From positions 1 to 63,524 of the IMG/VR virus record IMGVR_UViG_3300049203_000318: a stretch of 63,524 nucleotides of DNA, one strand, 5' to 3'. Each line of letters opens with the position of its first letter. The first letter of the stretch is position 1. Of this stretch, positions 38,007 to 47,535 are shown one piece after another. The position numbers and the translations under genes are program-made. This DNA is from a virus (Duplodnaviria; Caudoviricetes). The notes below the pieces were generated by a model. It did no database searches. It saw only the letters and a list, made by a program, of their open reading frames with translations, and was not told the DNA's origin.

Positions 38007-39694
38007 TGCGCGCCTTCGATCAGCTCTTCGCCAACATCTACAACGACATCGAGAGCTTCCCTTCGATCCGTCATGTTGCAGAGCGATTGGGAATATCGGT
38101 CAAGACGGTGCGCAACCGAGCTGGCGAGATGCGCTCGCTCGCCCGTGCGGGGGAGGATGGGGTTCCTGATCTCGTGAGCCGCCTGGGCACTGGTCAGCCG
38201 GCGCCCACGGCTCAGGTTCAGGAGGAGGCTGAGGAGCCCAAGTTCTTCAAGCGCGATCTCATTGCGCCGCTTCAGGAAGAGCCTCACGCCACACGCACCC
38301 GATATTTCATCTTCAGCTCCGCACAGGACGGGTCTCTGATCCACGAGGATTTCATACGCAACCTGGAAGCCTATGCGGAGTGGCTGGGCGACTGCAAAAT
38401 CATGATCGCCGGCTTCACCTATTCCAAGAAGCTGTTTGAGGATCACGACAAGGGTTCGGACGCGATCTATTATCACGAACAGGTGATGCCGTATCTGGTC
38501 AACACCCAGATAGCGATCGGGGACGGCTTGACCTTCTGTGGCGAGATGAACACGCTGCCGACCGCGACCATGCCACTGTCGGGGTTCGAAACCTATACGC
38601 GCGATCGGTGGGGCATTTTCCCGCACGCTAAGATCCAATTGCAATCGGTTGCCACGGCCAAACTCGCCCGCACCAAGCAGCTGATGACCACCGGCGCTGT
38701 CACCCTGCCCAACTATGTCCAGAAGAAAGCGGGCATAAAGGCGAGCTTTCATCACCAGATCGGCGCCGTGCTGGTGGAGCTGATGCCTGATGGCACGTTC
38801 TTCTGCCGCCATCTTCAGGCTGACGGCCTGGGAGAGCATGAGGGCGGCTTCTACGACCTCGACCGGCGGGTCGAAGCGGGTCTTGTCTCCACCGGGCACC
38901 GGGTCGCGTCCCTGACCTACGGCGACATCCACAATGAAAAGCTCGACCCCGTCGTGGCCAAGACCACCTGGGGCATCGGCGCTCAGCCTGGCGACACGCC
39001 GCTCCTCGACTATCTGCGTCCCGAGCATCAGTTTTTTCATGACCTGTCTGATTTCTCAGCGCGCAACCATCACAATATCAAAGATCCCCATTTCATCTTT
39101 CGCACGCACGCTCAGGGCGTCGACAACGTCGAAGATGCGCTCAAGGGATGCGCACGCTTTCTCAGCACCACATCGCGCCCCTGGTGTCGCTCTGTGGTCG
39201 TGCAATCGAACCATGATAATGCGCTGCTGCGCTGGCTGAAGACCGCTGAGTTCAAGGAAGATCCGGTCAACGCAATCTTCTACCTGGAAACCCAGCTGAG
39301 CTATTACCAGCAGCTCAAGGCCGGCGTGGGTGACCCGCCGATCTTCGAGCAGGTGCTCCGCGACCATGCCCCGATCGAGGACGTCCGGTTCGTATCTGAG
39401 GACGATAGCTACATGGTGCTCGGCGTCGAGCACGCCATGCACGGTCACCTCGGGGCAAATGGCGCACGCGGCAACCCGCGGCACTATACCAAGATGGGCG
39501 CCAAGAGCACGACCGGTCACACGCACTCGCCACAGATCATCGACGGCGCTTACGTGGTGGGCGTTTCGGGCTCACTCGACCAAGGGTATAATAAAGGCCT
39601 GAGCAGCTGGGCACATGCTCACTCCATCACTTACGGGAACGGCACGCGAGCGATCCTGACGATGATGAATGGGCGGTGGTTCGCTCCCCGATAA
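38006..39694 (+). CDS. Metallophosphoesterase with N-terminal HTH (T5 A1-like)
   Basis: GDIH, HD..D, SNHD, MHGH and GHTHS motifs; VAERLGISVKTVRN HTH; SSAQ motif. The A1 family call is from memory. Confidence 0.7.
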   Translation: MRAFDQLFANIYNDIESFPSIRHVAERLGISVKTVRNRAGEMRSLARAGEDGVPDLVSRLGTGQPAPTAQVQEEAEEPKFFKRDLIAPLQEEPHATRTRYFIFSSAQDGSLIHEDFIRNLEAYAEWLGDCKIMIAGFTYSKKLFEDHDKGSDAIYYHEQVMPYLVNTQIAIGDGLTFCGEMNTLPTATMPLSGFETYTRDRWGIFPHAKIQLQSVATAKLARTKQLMTTGAVTLPNYVQKKAGIKASFHHQIGAVLVELMPDGTFFCRHLQADGLGEHEGGFYDLDRRVEAGLVSTGHRVASLTYGDIHNEKLDPVVAKTTWGIGAQPGDTPLLDYLRPEHQFFHDLSDFSARNHHNIKDPHFIFRTHAQGVDNVEDALKGCARFLSTTSRPWCRSVVVQSNHDNALLRWLKTAEFKEDPVNAIFYLETQLSYYQQLKAGVGDPPIFEQVLRDHAPIEDVRFVSEDDSYMVLGVEHAMHGHLGANGARGNPRHYTKMGAKSTTGHTHSPQIIDGAYVVGVSGSLDQGYNKGLSSWAHAHSITYGNGTRAILTMMNGRWFAPR

Positions 39695-39782
39695 TAAGGG
39701 AAAGTCAAGCCGCGAAGAATCTTGTTGCATCGTGTATTATTGTGCGTAACAACACACATACACATAGCGTCAGGAGTGACCA

Positions 39783-40637
39783 ATGACCAAGCAGGCTCGC
39801 CAAACCGGGAAGCGCGCGCGACGCGACCAGCAGTTCGCTCTCCCAGGTGACGGCCTCCAAGTTCCCGCCCCTCGTGCGCAAAAGGCCAAAAGGCCCCTAG
39901 AAGCGCGCACTGACGCACAGAACGCCTATATCAATGCCATCGACGTTTACGACATCATTTTCGGGATAGGTCCGCTAGGCACCGGTAAGACTTATGTCGC
40001 GGTATCGAAAGCGGCTGATGAGCTCGCCGCTGGCCGCATCGACCAGCTCATCGTAACCCGGCCGGCCGTCAACGCCGACGAGGAATACGGCTTCCTCCCC
40101 GGCGATATGCTCGACGACAACGGCGGCAAGTTCGCGCCCTATTTCGCGCCTGTTCGAGCAATCCTCGAGCGGCGGCTGGGTGCCGGTCATGTCGAATATC
40201 TGCTCAAGGCGGGCAAGATACAGATCGCCCCGCTGGGCCATCTGCGCGGCCATACCTTCGAGAACGCATGGGTGCTCTTCGATGAGGCGCAGAACTGCAC
40301 TCCCAAGCAGATGGAGTTGTTCCTCGGCCGCATGGGTGAACGCTGCAAGGTGATCATTGACGGCGACTTTGTGCAGAAGGACATCACCGGCAAATCGGGC
40401 CTGGAGGACGCGCTGGAGGTTATGGAAGACCATCCCCAGGTCGGCATTGTCGAGTTCACCCTGGACGACATCGTCCGCTCGGGCCTCGCTCGAGACATCG
40501 CCATTCGTTACCACAATAGGGCAAGCAAGCGTGGCACCGCACATGAAAAGATCGACATCGGCCTCGACTCCCTCCGCGGGATCGTCAGCCAATCGGCAAC
40601 CAACACTCGGGGTTTTCAGCCCGACCGACCACACTGA
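39783..40637 (+). CDS. phoH: PhoH-like ATPase
   Basis: GPLGTGKT, TRPAV, GFLPGD, LRGHTF, DEAQN and DIVRS motifs. Confidence 0.93.
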   Translation: MTKQARQTGKRARRDQQFALPGDGLQVPAPRAQKAKRPLEARTDAQNAYINAIDVYDIIFGIGPLGTGKTYVAVSKAADELAAGRIDQLIVTRPAVNADEEYGFLPGDMLDDNGGKFAPYFAPVRAILERRLGAGHVEYLLKAGKIQIAPLGHLRGHTFENAWVLFDEAQNCTPKQMELFLGRMGERCKVIIDGDFVQKDITGKSGLEDALEVMEDHPQVGIVEFTLDDIVRSGLARDIAIRYHNRASKRGTAHEKIDIGLDSLRGIVSQSATNTRGFQPDRPH

Positions 40638-40650
40638 CGACCCCGTGCTT

Positions 40651-41385
40651 ATGGCAGCCGTGCAGGGAGCGTTCTACGGGGCGAACCTGCCGGCCGCTCG
40701 GCTTGAGGGTCTGATCGCAGCGCACGTCCCCAAGAAGCATATTTTGGACGTCGCGCGATCCTACGGCACGAAATGGTGGGACTATCGCCGCCTCACGCCA
40801 GGGCACAGCTTCTTTCTTTTCGCGCACCACTATTACAAGGCGCTCAAGGTGTCTGCGCGCCAGTCGCTATGGCATCGCACGCAGCGCGGACAGAACGGCG
40901 CTGGCGTCGGCATTCTCGGCGTTAACTCGATCCACTTCACGGTAGATACGATTTGGGAGCGCGAGCGCAAGCACATCACTGGCATGTGGACGGCTATGAC
41001 CGTCGCGGATGCAGCAGGCATTCCCTATGATCAATATTGTCGCCTGGCCAACCAGACAGCACTCGACACACTTTGGAAGCGGCTACCCACTCCGGCACAG
41101 CTCTATAGCGATAAGCTCGGCGCCGCGATCCTGAGCAAGTGGGAAGGCATGATTGGCAATCGCCTCATACTGGCAACGCACCCGCTTTATGCCGCCGAAA
41201 ATTACGCCGGTTTGCCGGTTCAGGACGCATACCATGACTGGCTCGTCGAGCGGGTCAGGGAGAGGGTAGATCCCGCACCGGCGCTCGCCAACTGCGTTTA
41301 CCGGACGCCTCAGCTGCCAGAGGCAATCGCGCTCAAGGAATTTCCTCAACCAACGATCGTTCGCGCCCGCTTGATGGCTAACTGA
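40651..41385 (+). CDS. Hypothetical replication-associated protein (upstream of the helicase)
   Basis: KWWDYR and AD..GIPY patterns. The start is uncertain (40543 is an alternative). Confidence 0.6.
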   Translation: MAAVQGAFYGANLPAARLEGLIAAHVPKKHILDVARSYGTKWWDYRRLTPGHSFFLFAHHYYKALKVSARQSLWHRTQRGQNGAGVGILGVNSIHFTVDTIWERERKHITGMWTAMTVADAAGIPYDQYCRLANQTALDTLWKRLPTPAQLYSDKLGAAILSKWEGMIGNRLILATHPLYAAENYAGLPVQDAYHDWLVERVRERVDPAPALANCVYRTPQLPEAIALKEFPQPTIVRARLMAN

Positions 41386-41399
41386 ATAGCGCAATCATG

Positions 41400-41445
41400 T
41401 TGACAGCGATCGCTCGCTGCATGTATGTGCGTAATAACACACACA
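41400..41445 (+). promoter_or_regulatory. Promoter plus 20-bp motif upstream of dnaB
   Basis: TTGACA at 41400; TGTGCGT-AATAAC-ACACACA at 41426-41445. Confidence 0.6.
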
Positions 41446-41454
41446 AGAGGTTTC

Positions 41455-42783
41455 ATGTCACAGTTTGACCAGGCTTTCCAGGAGCAACTGGCGGCCCACT
41501 ATCTGCGTGATGACACGTTCGTCCAGGCTGCCGGCTCCCTCGTTCTTCCCGAATATTTCGAGAACGAGACGCTGGCAGCCTTGGTGGCTGTCCAGGCGAT
41601 CTACCTGGAGCGCTATGGCGCATGCTGCACGCTGGGCACCTTTGTTCAGGTCATGAAGCGCCTGATCACCGGGAAGAAGGTGAAGATCGCCGACATGGTC
41701 GAGGCGAAGCGGCTTCTGGGTGTGATCCACCGCGACCCGCTCAAGGATCGCCAGTTTGTCATCGACACTGTGGCCGAGTTCGCGCGAAACCAGGCGCTGC
41801 TTAATGCCACGCTGACGCTGGCCGACAGCCTTGATACCAGCGACCGAAGCAAGATCGACACGGCGCTCGCTCGAGTGGAGCAGGCCAAGCAGATCGGCGC
41901 CACCGACCAGCGCCCCCAGATGGACTATCGTCGGTCACGGCAAGAACGGCAGCAGAAGCGCTCGCAGCGCGCTGCCGGCGGATTTACGAACGGCGGCATA
42001 ACTACCGGCTTCCCCGAGCTCGACAATCAGCTGACGCCGCACCGCGGCTGGGGGCGCAAGGAGCTCAATATTCTGATGGGGCCGCCAAAGGCTGGTAAGA
42101 CAGCGGCTAAGATCACCTTTGCAGAGGCTGCCGCTCGAGCAGGCTTCAAGGTTTTCTACGCCTCCTGCGAAGTGTCCGAGGAGATCATCGGCGAGCGTCT
42201 CGACGCAAACATCTCCGGCGTTCCGCTCAAGGAGCTGGTGAAGCGCCAGGCTGAGGTCGACAAGGTCGTCGAGGATTGGGAGAATAATCCGGGCCTGGGC
42301 GAGCTAAAGGTCGAGGCCTTTCCGATCCGCACCCTCAAGGTGTCGGAGCTCATGCGCATCCTCAAGCAATATGAGGCGCAAGGGCTCTCGTTCGACCTGA
42401 TCATCGTCGACTATCTGGGCATCATGAAGCCCGAGACGCACTATACGGAAAAGCGCTACGGACTTGCCGAGATCGGTCAGGATCTTCGCGCGCTGGGCAC
42501 GGTCTTCAATGCCGCGGTCCTGACCGGTTATCAGACCAACCGCTCAGGCACACAGAAGGCTCAGCGCAATGTCTCAGAGGGCACGGACGCGGCAGATGAC
42601 TATGAAGTCGTCCGCACTGCCGACGTGCTGATCACGATCAACCAATCGCGCGAGGAGCGGGCAGACGGCGAGGTCGTGCTGTTCCTGTCTGAAATGCGTA
42701 ACGCCGAAAGCGGGGTGAAAATGCGATACAAGCAGGATCTTGCCTGCGCTCGCTTCATGACGACCTTCGTCGGGTTCGACTGA
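41455..42783 (+). CDS. dnaB: Replicative DnaB-like helicase
   Basis: ITTGFPELD, GPPKAGKT, IIVDY and QTNR motifs. Confidence 0.92.
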   Translation: MSQFDQAFQEQLAAHYLRDDTFVQAAGSLVLPEYFENETLAALVAVQAIYLERYGACCTLGTFVQVMKRLITGKKVKIADMVEAKRLLGVIHRDPLKDRQFVIDTVAEFARNQALLNATLTLADSLDTSDRSKIDTALARVEQAKQIGATDQRPQMDYRRSRQERQQKRSQRAAGGFTNGGITTGFPELDNQLTPHRGWGRKELNILMGPPKAGKTAAKITFAEAAARAGFKVFYASCEVSEEIIGERLDANISGVPLKELVKRQAEVDKVVEDWENNPGLGELKVEAFPIRTLKVSELMRILKQYEAQGLSFDLIIVDYLGIMKPETHYTEKRYGLAEIGQDLRALGTVFNAAVLTGYQTNRSGTQKAQRNVSEGTDAADDYEVVRTADVLITINQSREERADGEVVLFLSEMRNAESGVKMRYKQDLACARFMTTFVGFD

Positions 42784-43874
42784 TGAATCTCCAGGACAGC
42801 GGCTACGAGAATGTCACCCCAGAGGATTTCCTCGAGCACGAGGGCATCGAGTATCGGACGACGTCAGGCTCGCGCGGCCGCCAGTTCAACATACGGGAGT
42901 GCCCCGCATGCGGCGGGGCCGGGTGGAAGGTCTATCTGGGCGTCGACAGCGGATACGGGAACTGTTTCCATGGCTCGTGCAGCCGCAACTTCAATCTGTG
43001 GACGTTTGCCGGCGCACACCTGGGCACCGAAGATAATCGTCAGATCGGTGAGCTATTCAACACGATTGCGAAGGGCGGCGGCTGGCGACCGAAGAAGCGC
43101 GAGCTAAAGGTCATCGCCCCGGCGGTGTCAGGCAGTCTCAAGCTGCCCATGAGCTTCCCCGTGCCTGATGCCAATCTGCCCTATCTGAGCAATCGAGGCG
43201 TCTCTGTCGGGGTCGCTCGGGAATTCGGCTTGCGCATGTGTCAGGACGGTGCCTTCTTCTACAAGGACGAGGAGGGGAATGATCGCCGCAAGGTTTTCTC
43301 GGGTCGCATCATCATTCCGATCTACGACATCGACGGAACTTTGGTCACGTTCCAGGGGCGAGACATCACCGGTGCCTCGGAAACAAAATATCTCTTCCCT
43401 CCGAGGCTCCCTTCGACCGGTCGCTATATCTACAATGCCCACAGAGCGAAGGTAGAGGGTTGGAGCCACATCGTCATGGGTGAAGGCGCCTTCGACGTGA
43501 TCGCGACCCAAGCAGCGATCGAGGGCGATCGGAGCTGGCGAGGCATCGGCGCAGTCGGATCGTTCGGTAAAAATCTGAGTCTCGATTTCGAACCTGGCAT
43601 GCCCACGCAGTTGCAAGCGCTGATGGAGCTCAAGGCCGCTGGCGTTCACACGATCACGATCCTTTGGGACGGCGAGAAAAGCGCGCTAAATTCTGCCGTG
43701 AAGGCGGCCGAAAAGCTCATAAGATATGGCTTCATCGTGCGAATCGCCTTTCTTCCAAAAGGAAGAGACCCTGCCGAAGTTTCACCCGACGTTGTGAGGA
43801 AAGCCATAACAACTGCAATGCCTTATACCCGCTCACTTGGTATCAAGATAAAGTTACGCAACCCCTACGGGTAG
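42783..43874 (+). CDS. DNA primase (Zn finger + TOPRIM)
   Basis: CPAC...CFHGSC, RIIIPI, FQGR, EGAFD, WDGE and DPAE motifs. Confidence 0.9.
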   Translation: MNLQDSGYENVTPEDFLEHEGIEYRTTSGSRGRQFNIRECPACGGAGWKVYLGVDSGYGNCFHGSCSRNFNLWTFAGAHLGTEDNRQIGELFNTIAKGGGWRPKKRELKVIAPAVSGSLKLPMSFPVPDANLPYLSNRGVSVGVAREFGLRMCQDGAFFYKDEEGNDRRKVFSGRIIIPIYDIDGTLVTFQGRDITGASETKYLFPPRLPSTGRYIYNAHRAKVEGWSHIVMGEGAFDVIATQAAIEGDRSWRGIGAVGSFGKNLSLDFEPGMPTQLQALMELKAAGVHTITILWDGEKSALNSAVKAAEKLIRYGFIVRIAFLPKGRDPAEVSPDVVRKAITTAMPYTRSLGIKIKLRNPYG

Positions 43875-44084
43875 CTCTGATCGAACGAGTTCGTTTGTGT
43901 TACCCAGATTTCCCATCATGCGGATTCTACCGCAATTCTGCGGGCTTTGATCGCGCGTTCTTTGTTTGTTCACCGTAATGATGCTTAATGGTTGTGTTTG
44001 CTTGTTGACACAGACCGGGAGAGCGTTAGTCATGTGTGTCGTAACAACAGCGCATCGTCGCTGCGGAGTGAGGGAGACAATTTG

Positions 44085-44660
44085 ATGGTAAATGCAGCTA
44101 CGGCTGTCGACTTGAATGAGGCGCAGGGAGATTATCCATATGCGTCCACTCGTGCGACCAAGATGTTGGCCGAAGGCCTGGAGAAAGCTGAGAGCGACAA
44201 GGGCTGGAGCCAGCGCCAGGTCGCCAAGCTCATGAACTACAAGACGTCCGTAGTGCTCTCGCACATGGCGTCTGGACGGGTGCCGATCCCCATCGAGCGC
44301 GCTCCCGATTTCTGCCGACTGCTCGGCATAGCACCGGGAGAATTCCTGTTTGCCGTTCTTCAGCAGCGCTATCCTGAGATCGATTGGAACCGGCTCCTCT
44401 CGGGTCCGAAGAAGACGACTGCCAAGGTGTCGAAGGGCTACCTGGCCGAGGAGCTCGAAGCTCTGGCCGGCGCGGAGTTGGACGAGCTGCCGCAATCGAT
44501 CACGGAGATCCTGCGAGAAGTCGTCTCGAATCGGAATGCCCCGAAGCGGTGGATTTCGCTAACCGAGCTGCCTGTGATCGAAAGCCTTCGAAAGACCCAT
44601 CCGGCTGGCTTGACGGTGGCTCAGCGCAAATCCCTCGAGGAATTTCTCGCTCAGCTTTGA
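44085..44660 (+). CDS. XRE/Cro-like HTH transcriptional regulator (repressor candidate)
   Basis: SQRQVAKLMNY...LSHMASGRVPIP; own TTGACA promoter (~44005) and a motif half-site (44033-44039). Confidence 0.75.
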   Translation: MVNAATAVDLNEAQGDYPYASTRATKMLAEGLEKAESDKGWSQRQVAKLMNYKTSVVLSHMASGRVPIPIERAPDFCRLLGIAPGEFLFAVLQQRYPEIDWNRLLSGPKKTTAKVSKGYLAEELEALAGAELDELPQSITEILREVVSNRNAPKRWISLTELPVIESLRKTHPAGLTVAQRKSLEEFLAQL

Positions 44661-44772
44661 GTCCCTTGTTAAGCTCCGCATCGCATTAAACCTAGAGCGC
44701 GAAGCCACTAGACAGGTTCGCGCTCTCTCTTTACTGCGAGTGCATACAAAGCAACACACACACGAGGAAGTT

Positions 44773-46050
44773 ATGAGCGCACCGGCAGCATTGAAGGCGA
44801 TCTCGCATCGCGACAGTCTCGCAAAAACCGTCCGTATGCTGACGCGCGATGGCGTGTCGGTGCGGTTCCGCGGTCACCAGCCGCATGTGGTGGCGAAGGG
44901 TAACAAGGCGGTCGCGCTCGTGCTGCCCGAGCTCAATAATAACGCCTCGCCCGAGTTGATTGCGGCAATCCAGGGTTACCTCGACCATGAGGTTGGCCAC
45001 ATCTTCTACACCCCCTTCGCGAAAGCGGCTCGAGCGGGTGAGTTCGATCCGACTGCGCCGGTCCTGATCAATGTGGTTGAGGACATACGCCTAGAGAAGC
45101 TGCTTCCTCGCGATCTTCCCGGCACTCGGGAGAACCTCGAGCGGATGTATGAGCGCTTCATACCTTCCATGGTGCATCCGCCGATGGCGGCCGCCGTCGA
45201 GAGTGGTAACCCGGCCAAGGCCCTGGCGGGCGTCATGGTTTGTGCCATGCGCGCTCTCGCAGGTCAGAAGGCGTTCCAGAAGCACATGGACGACCACGGA
45301 TACTGGAAGCACTTCATGCCTCTCCTGAGCCGCATGCCGACGCTCTCGCGCCGCCTGAAGGAGATGGAGCGCTTCGAGGATGTCGAGGATCTCGTGCGCG
45401 ACATCGTGGAGCAGCTGAACGACATGGCGCCCAAGCCGCAGCAGCCTGAGCCTGCCCAGGGTCAGGAAGAGGACAGCGATCCGTATCACAGCCCGCCGCC
45501 GATGGGAGGAGGTGGCGACGATGAGGATGATGGCGACAGCGACGACGCCTCTGACGATGACCAGGACTGCACCCCCACAGATGGCGATGGTGACGGCGAA
45601 GCTGGCGACGATGAGGATCAGGATAGCGACAGCTCGCCCACCGCGGACGCTGAGGATGAGGAAGAGGGTGAAGGTGCGTCCGACGACAGCGACGACGCCT
45701 CTGATACCGCCGGCGATGACGGTGACGCATCCGAGCAGAATGGCGACGATCAGGAAGACGGCGAGGCCGGTGATGACGGTGATGAGCCTGGCGAAGGAAA
45801 GGCCGGCAAGGAGGAAGGTCAGGAAGAAAGTTTGAAACCAGGGGAAGGTGGAAAAACCAATATGACCACCACGGAAGCTCTCAAGCAGCTAGAACCCACT
45901 CAACGCAAAGCGCTTTTCATGTATAAAAAAGAAAGAAAGACGGTCGCACAGATCGCGCAGGAGATGAGCGCAACAGAGGATGTTGTGCTTGATCTTCTTC
46001 GCAATGCTCGCCGTCATTTTGGTGAAATCATGAAGGGAGCGCGGGCGTGA
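44773..46050 (+). CDS. CobT-like N-terminal half (HExxH), acidic linker, C-terminal sigma70 region-4-like domain
   Basis: DHEVGH and NVVEDIRLEK; long D/E/G tract; EALKQLEPTQRKAL...QIAQEM...VLDLLRNARR. Confidence 0.75.
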   Translation: MSAPAALKAISHRDSLAKTVRMLTRDGVSVRFRGHQPHVVAKGNKAVALVLPELNNNASPELIAAIQGYLDHEVGHIFYTPFAKAARAGEFDPTAPVLINVVEDIRLEKLLPRDLPGTRENLERMYERFIPSMVHPPMAAAVESGNPAKALAGVMVCAMRALAGQKAFQKHMDDHGYWKHFMPLLSRMPTLSRRLKEMERFEDVEDLVRDIVEQLNDMAPKPQQPEPAQGQEEDSDPYHSPPPMGGGGDDEDDGDSDDASDDDQDCTPTDGDGDGEAGDDEDQDSDSSPTADAEDEEEGEGASDDSDDASDTAGDDGDASEQNGDDQEDGEAGDDGDEPGEGKAGKEEGQEESLKPGEGGKTNMTTTEALKQLEPTQRKALFMYKKERKTVAQIAQEMSATEDVVLDLLRNARRHFGEIMKGARA

Positions 46051-47438
46051 TTACAGCTTTGTCTTTGGATGATGCAAAAGACATCATCGACATCTATGGC
46101 CCCGACGAGATATTCTGGCCCACTGAGCACAAGGCCGAACTCCGTCAGCTCCAGGCGAACAACTCGGAGTTCCGCGAGTTCGTCGAGGATGCCCGCTGGC
46201 TCGAGTCGATGCTCGAGAATTGGGACGAAGATGAGGATGGCGCCTCGATCGAAATGGACGACTCCGACTGGAAGCAGCAGGACACGCCCCCACCGCCGCC
46301 CGAGCGTAACGAGGATCGGGATGAAGACGAGGATGAGCCTGAGCAGGACGGCGACGCCGAAGATGAGGAAGAGGAGCGTGATCGCCCCGAGCCCCAACCC
46401 CTCGATGCTGAGCCGATCGAGATCGACCCCGATGATATTCAGGACATGGACGGCATGCTCGCCCAGGTCATCATGAAGGAGGTTCAGTCCTATGACTCAG
46501 AGGAGTTCCGCGTTTTCACCCGCGACTTCGACGAGATCGTGGACATCGTCGTTCCCGATGGCGTGAACCTGGAGCCGCTGGAGCAGAAGGTCGCCAAGAC
46601 CACCGGCCCGTTGCAGAAGGATATGCGCCGGCTGATCGCTGCTCGCAGCCAGGTAAAGCGGATGCCGGGTATGCGCTCCGGCCGCCTCCACTCACCCAAC
46701 CTGCACCGCATCATGGCCGGCGATGACCGCGTGTTTACGCGGCGAGAGGAAGCTCCGTCGCTCGACACTGCAATCTCCCTCGTGATCGACTGCTCGGGAT
46801 CGATGAATGGCAACCGCATGGTGTTGGCGACCGAGACGGCCTACGCGATTGGCAGCGTGCTCGCGCGCCTCAATGTTGCATTCGAGTGCCTGGGCTTCAC
46901 TGACAACGGCAGCGACCCTCGCGTCGCCACCAAAGAATATAAGCAGGCGCTCGCTGAGGCTGACGCCATCGCAAAGATCATCCGTCCGATCCCGATCGTG
47001 ATGCCCAAGTTCAAGACGTTCGACGAGCGATGGACGCAGCCGACCCAGCGGCGCTTTGCTCACGTCTTCAATCAGCTTGGCTACAGCGATAACTGCGGCT
47101 TCAAGATGGGTTCAACTCCCGAAGGCTGCGGGATAGAGTTTGCAGCGCGCCGCCTGGTTGCGCGGCCCGAGCAGCGGAAGATCATGCTGGTGATGACGGA
47201 CGGCGAGCCTTGTGGTCACGTCTATAATCCGCGCGGCATGGAGGACTATCATGCGTATCAGCGGCAGTCCGAGCAGGTCGTGAAGGCAATCGCCGCCGCC
47301 GGCATCGATCTTGTCGGCATAGGCATCCAGCATAACGGCCCCGAAGGCTACTATCCGCATCACATGACGATCCAGGACGTGTCGGAAATGCCTAAGCAGC
47401 TGCTCCAGCTCCTCAAGAAGTTCATGACGGGCAACTGA
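46047..47438 (+). CDS. CobT-like C-terminal half (vWA) with N-terminal anti-sigma-like domain
   Basis: FTRDFD, SGRL, MIDAS DCSGSM, LGFT and RKIMLVMTDGEP; N-terminus D.YG.D...WP...AR.L...L. Confidence 0.8.
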   Translation: MITALSLDDAKDIIDIYGPDEIFWPTEHKAELRQLQANNSEFREFVEDARWLESMLENWDEDEDGASIEMDDSDWKQQDTPPPPPERNEDRDEDEDEPEQDGDAEDEEEERDRPEPQPLDAEPIEIDPDDIQDMDGMLAQVIMKEVQSYDSEEFRVFTRDFDEIVDIVVPDGVNLEPLEQKVAKTTGPLQKDMRRLIAARSQVKRMPGMRSGRLHSPNLHRIMAGDDRVFTRREEAPSLDTAISLVIDCSGSMNGNRMVLATETAYAIGSVLARLNVAFECLGFTDNGSDPRVATKEYKQALAEADAIAKIIRPIPIVMPKFKTFDERWTQPTQRRFAHVFNQLGYSDNCGFKMGSTPEGCGIEFAARRLVARPEQRKIMLVMTDGEPCGHVYNPRGMEDYHAYQRQSEQVVKAIAAAGIDLVGIGIQHNGPEGYYPHHMTIQDVSEMPKQLLQLLKKFMTGN

Positions 47439-47535
47439 CTGCATAGTAAGCCACACAATTCCCACTTGCACGAATCGCGGTGCATGGTAAGTAACACACA
47501 TCAACAGCGCGCAGACGCGATCAAGGAGCTAAGAC

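Noticed and set aside
45470-46450. Frameshifted pseudogene explanation for the split cobT
   Set aside because: Both halves are intact, overlap by a canonical GTGA with a GGGAG RBS, and each has an extra domain-like segment at the break. Read-level confirmation is still advisable.
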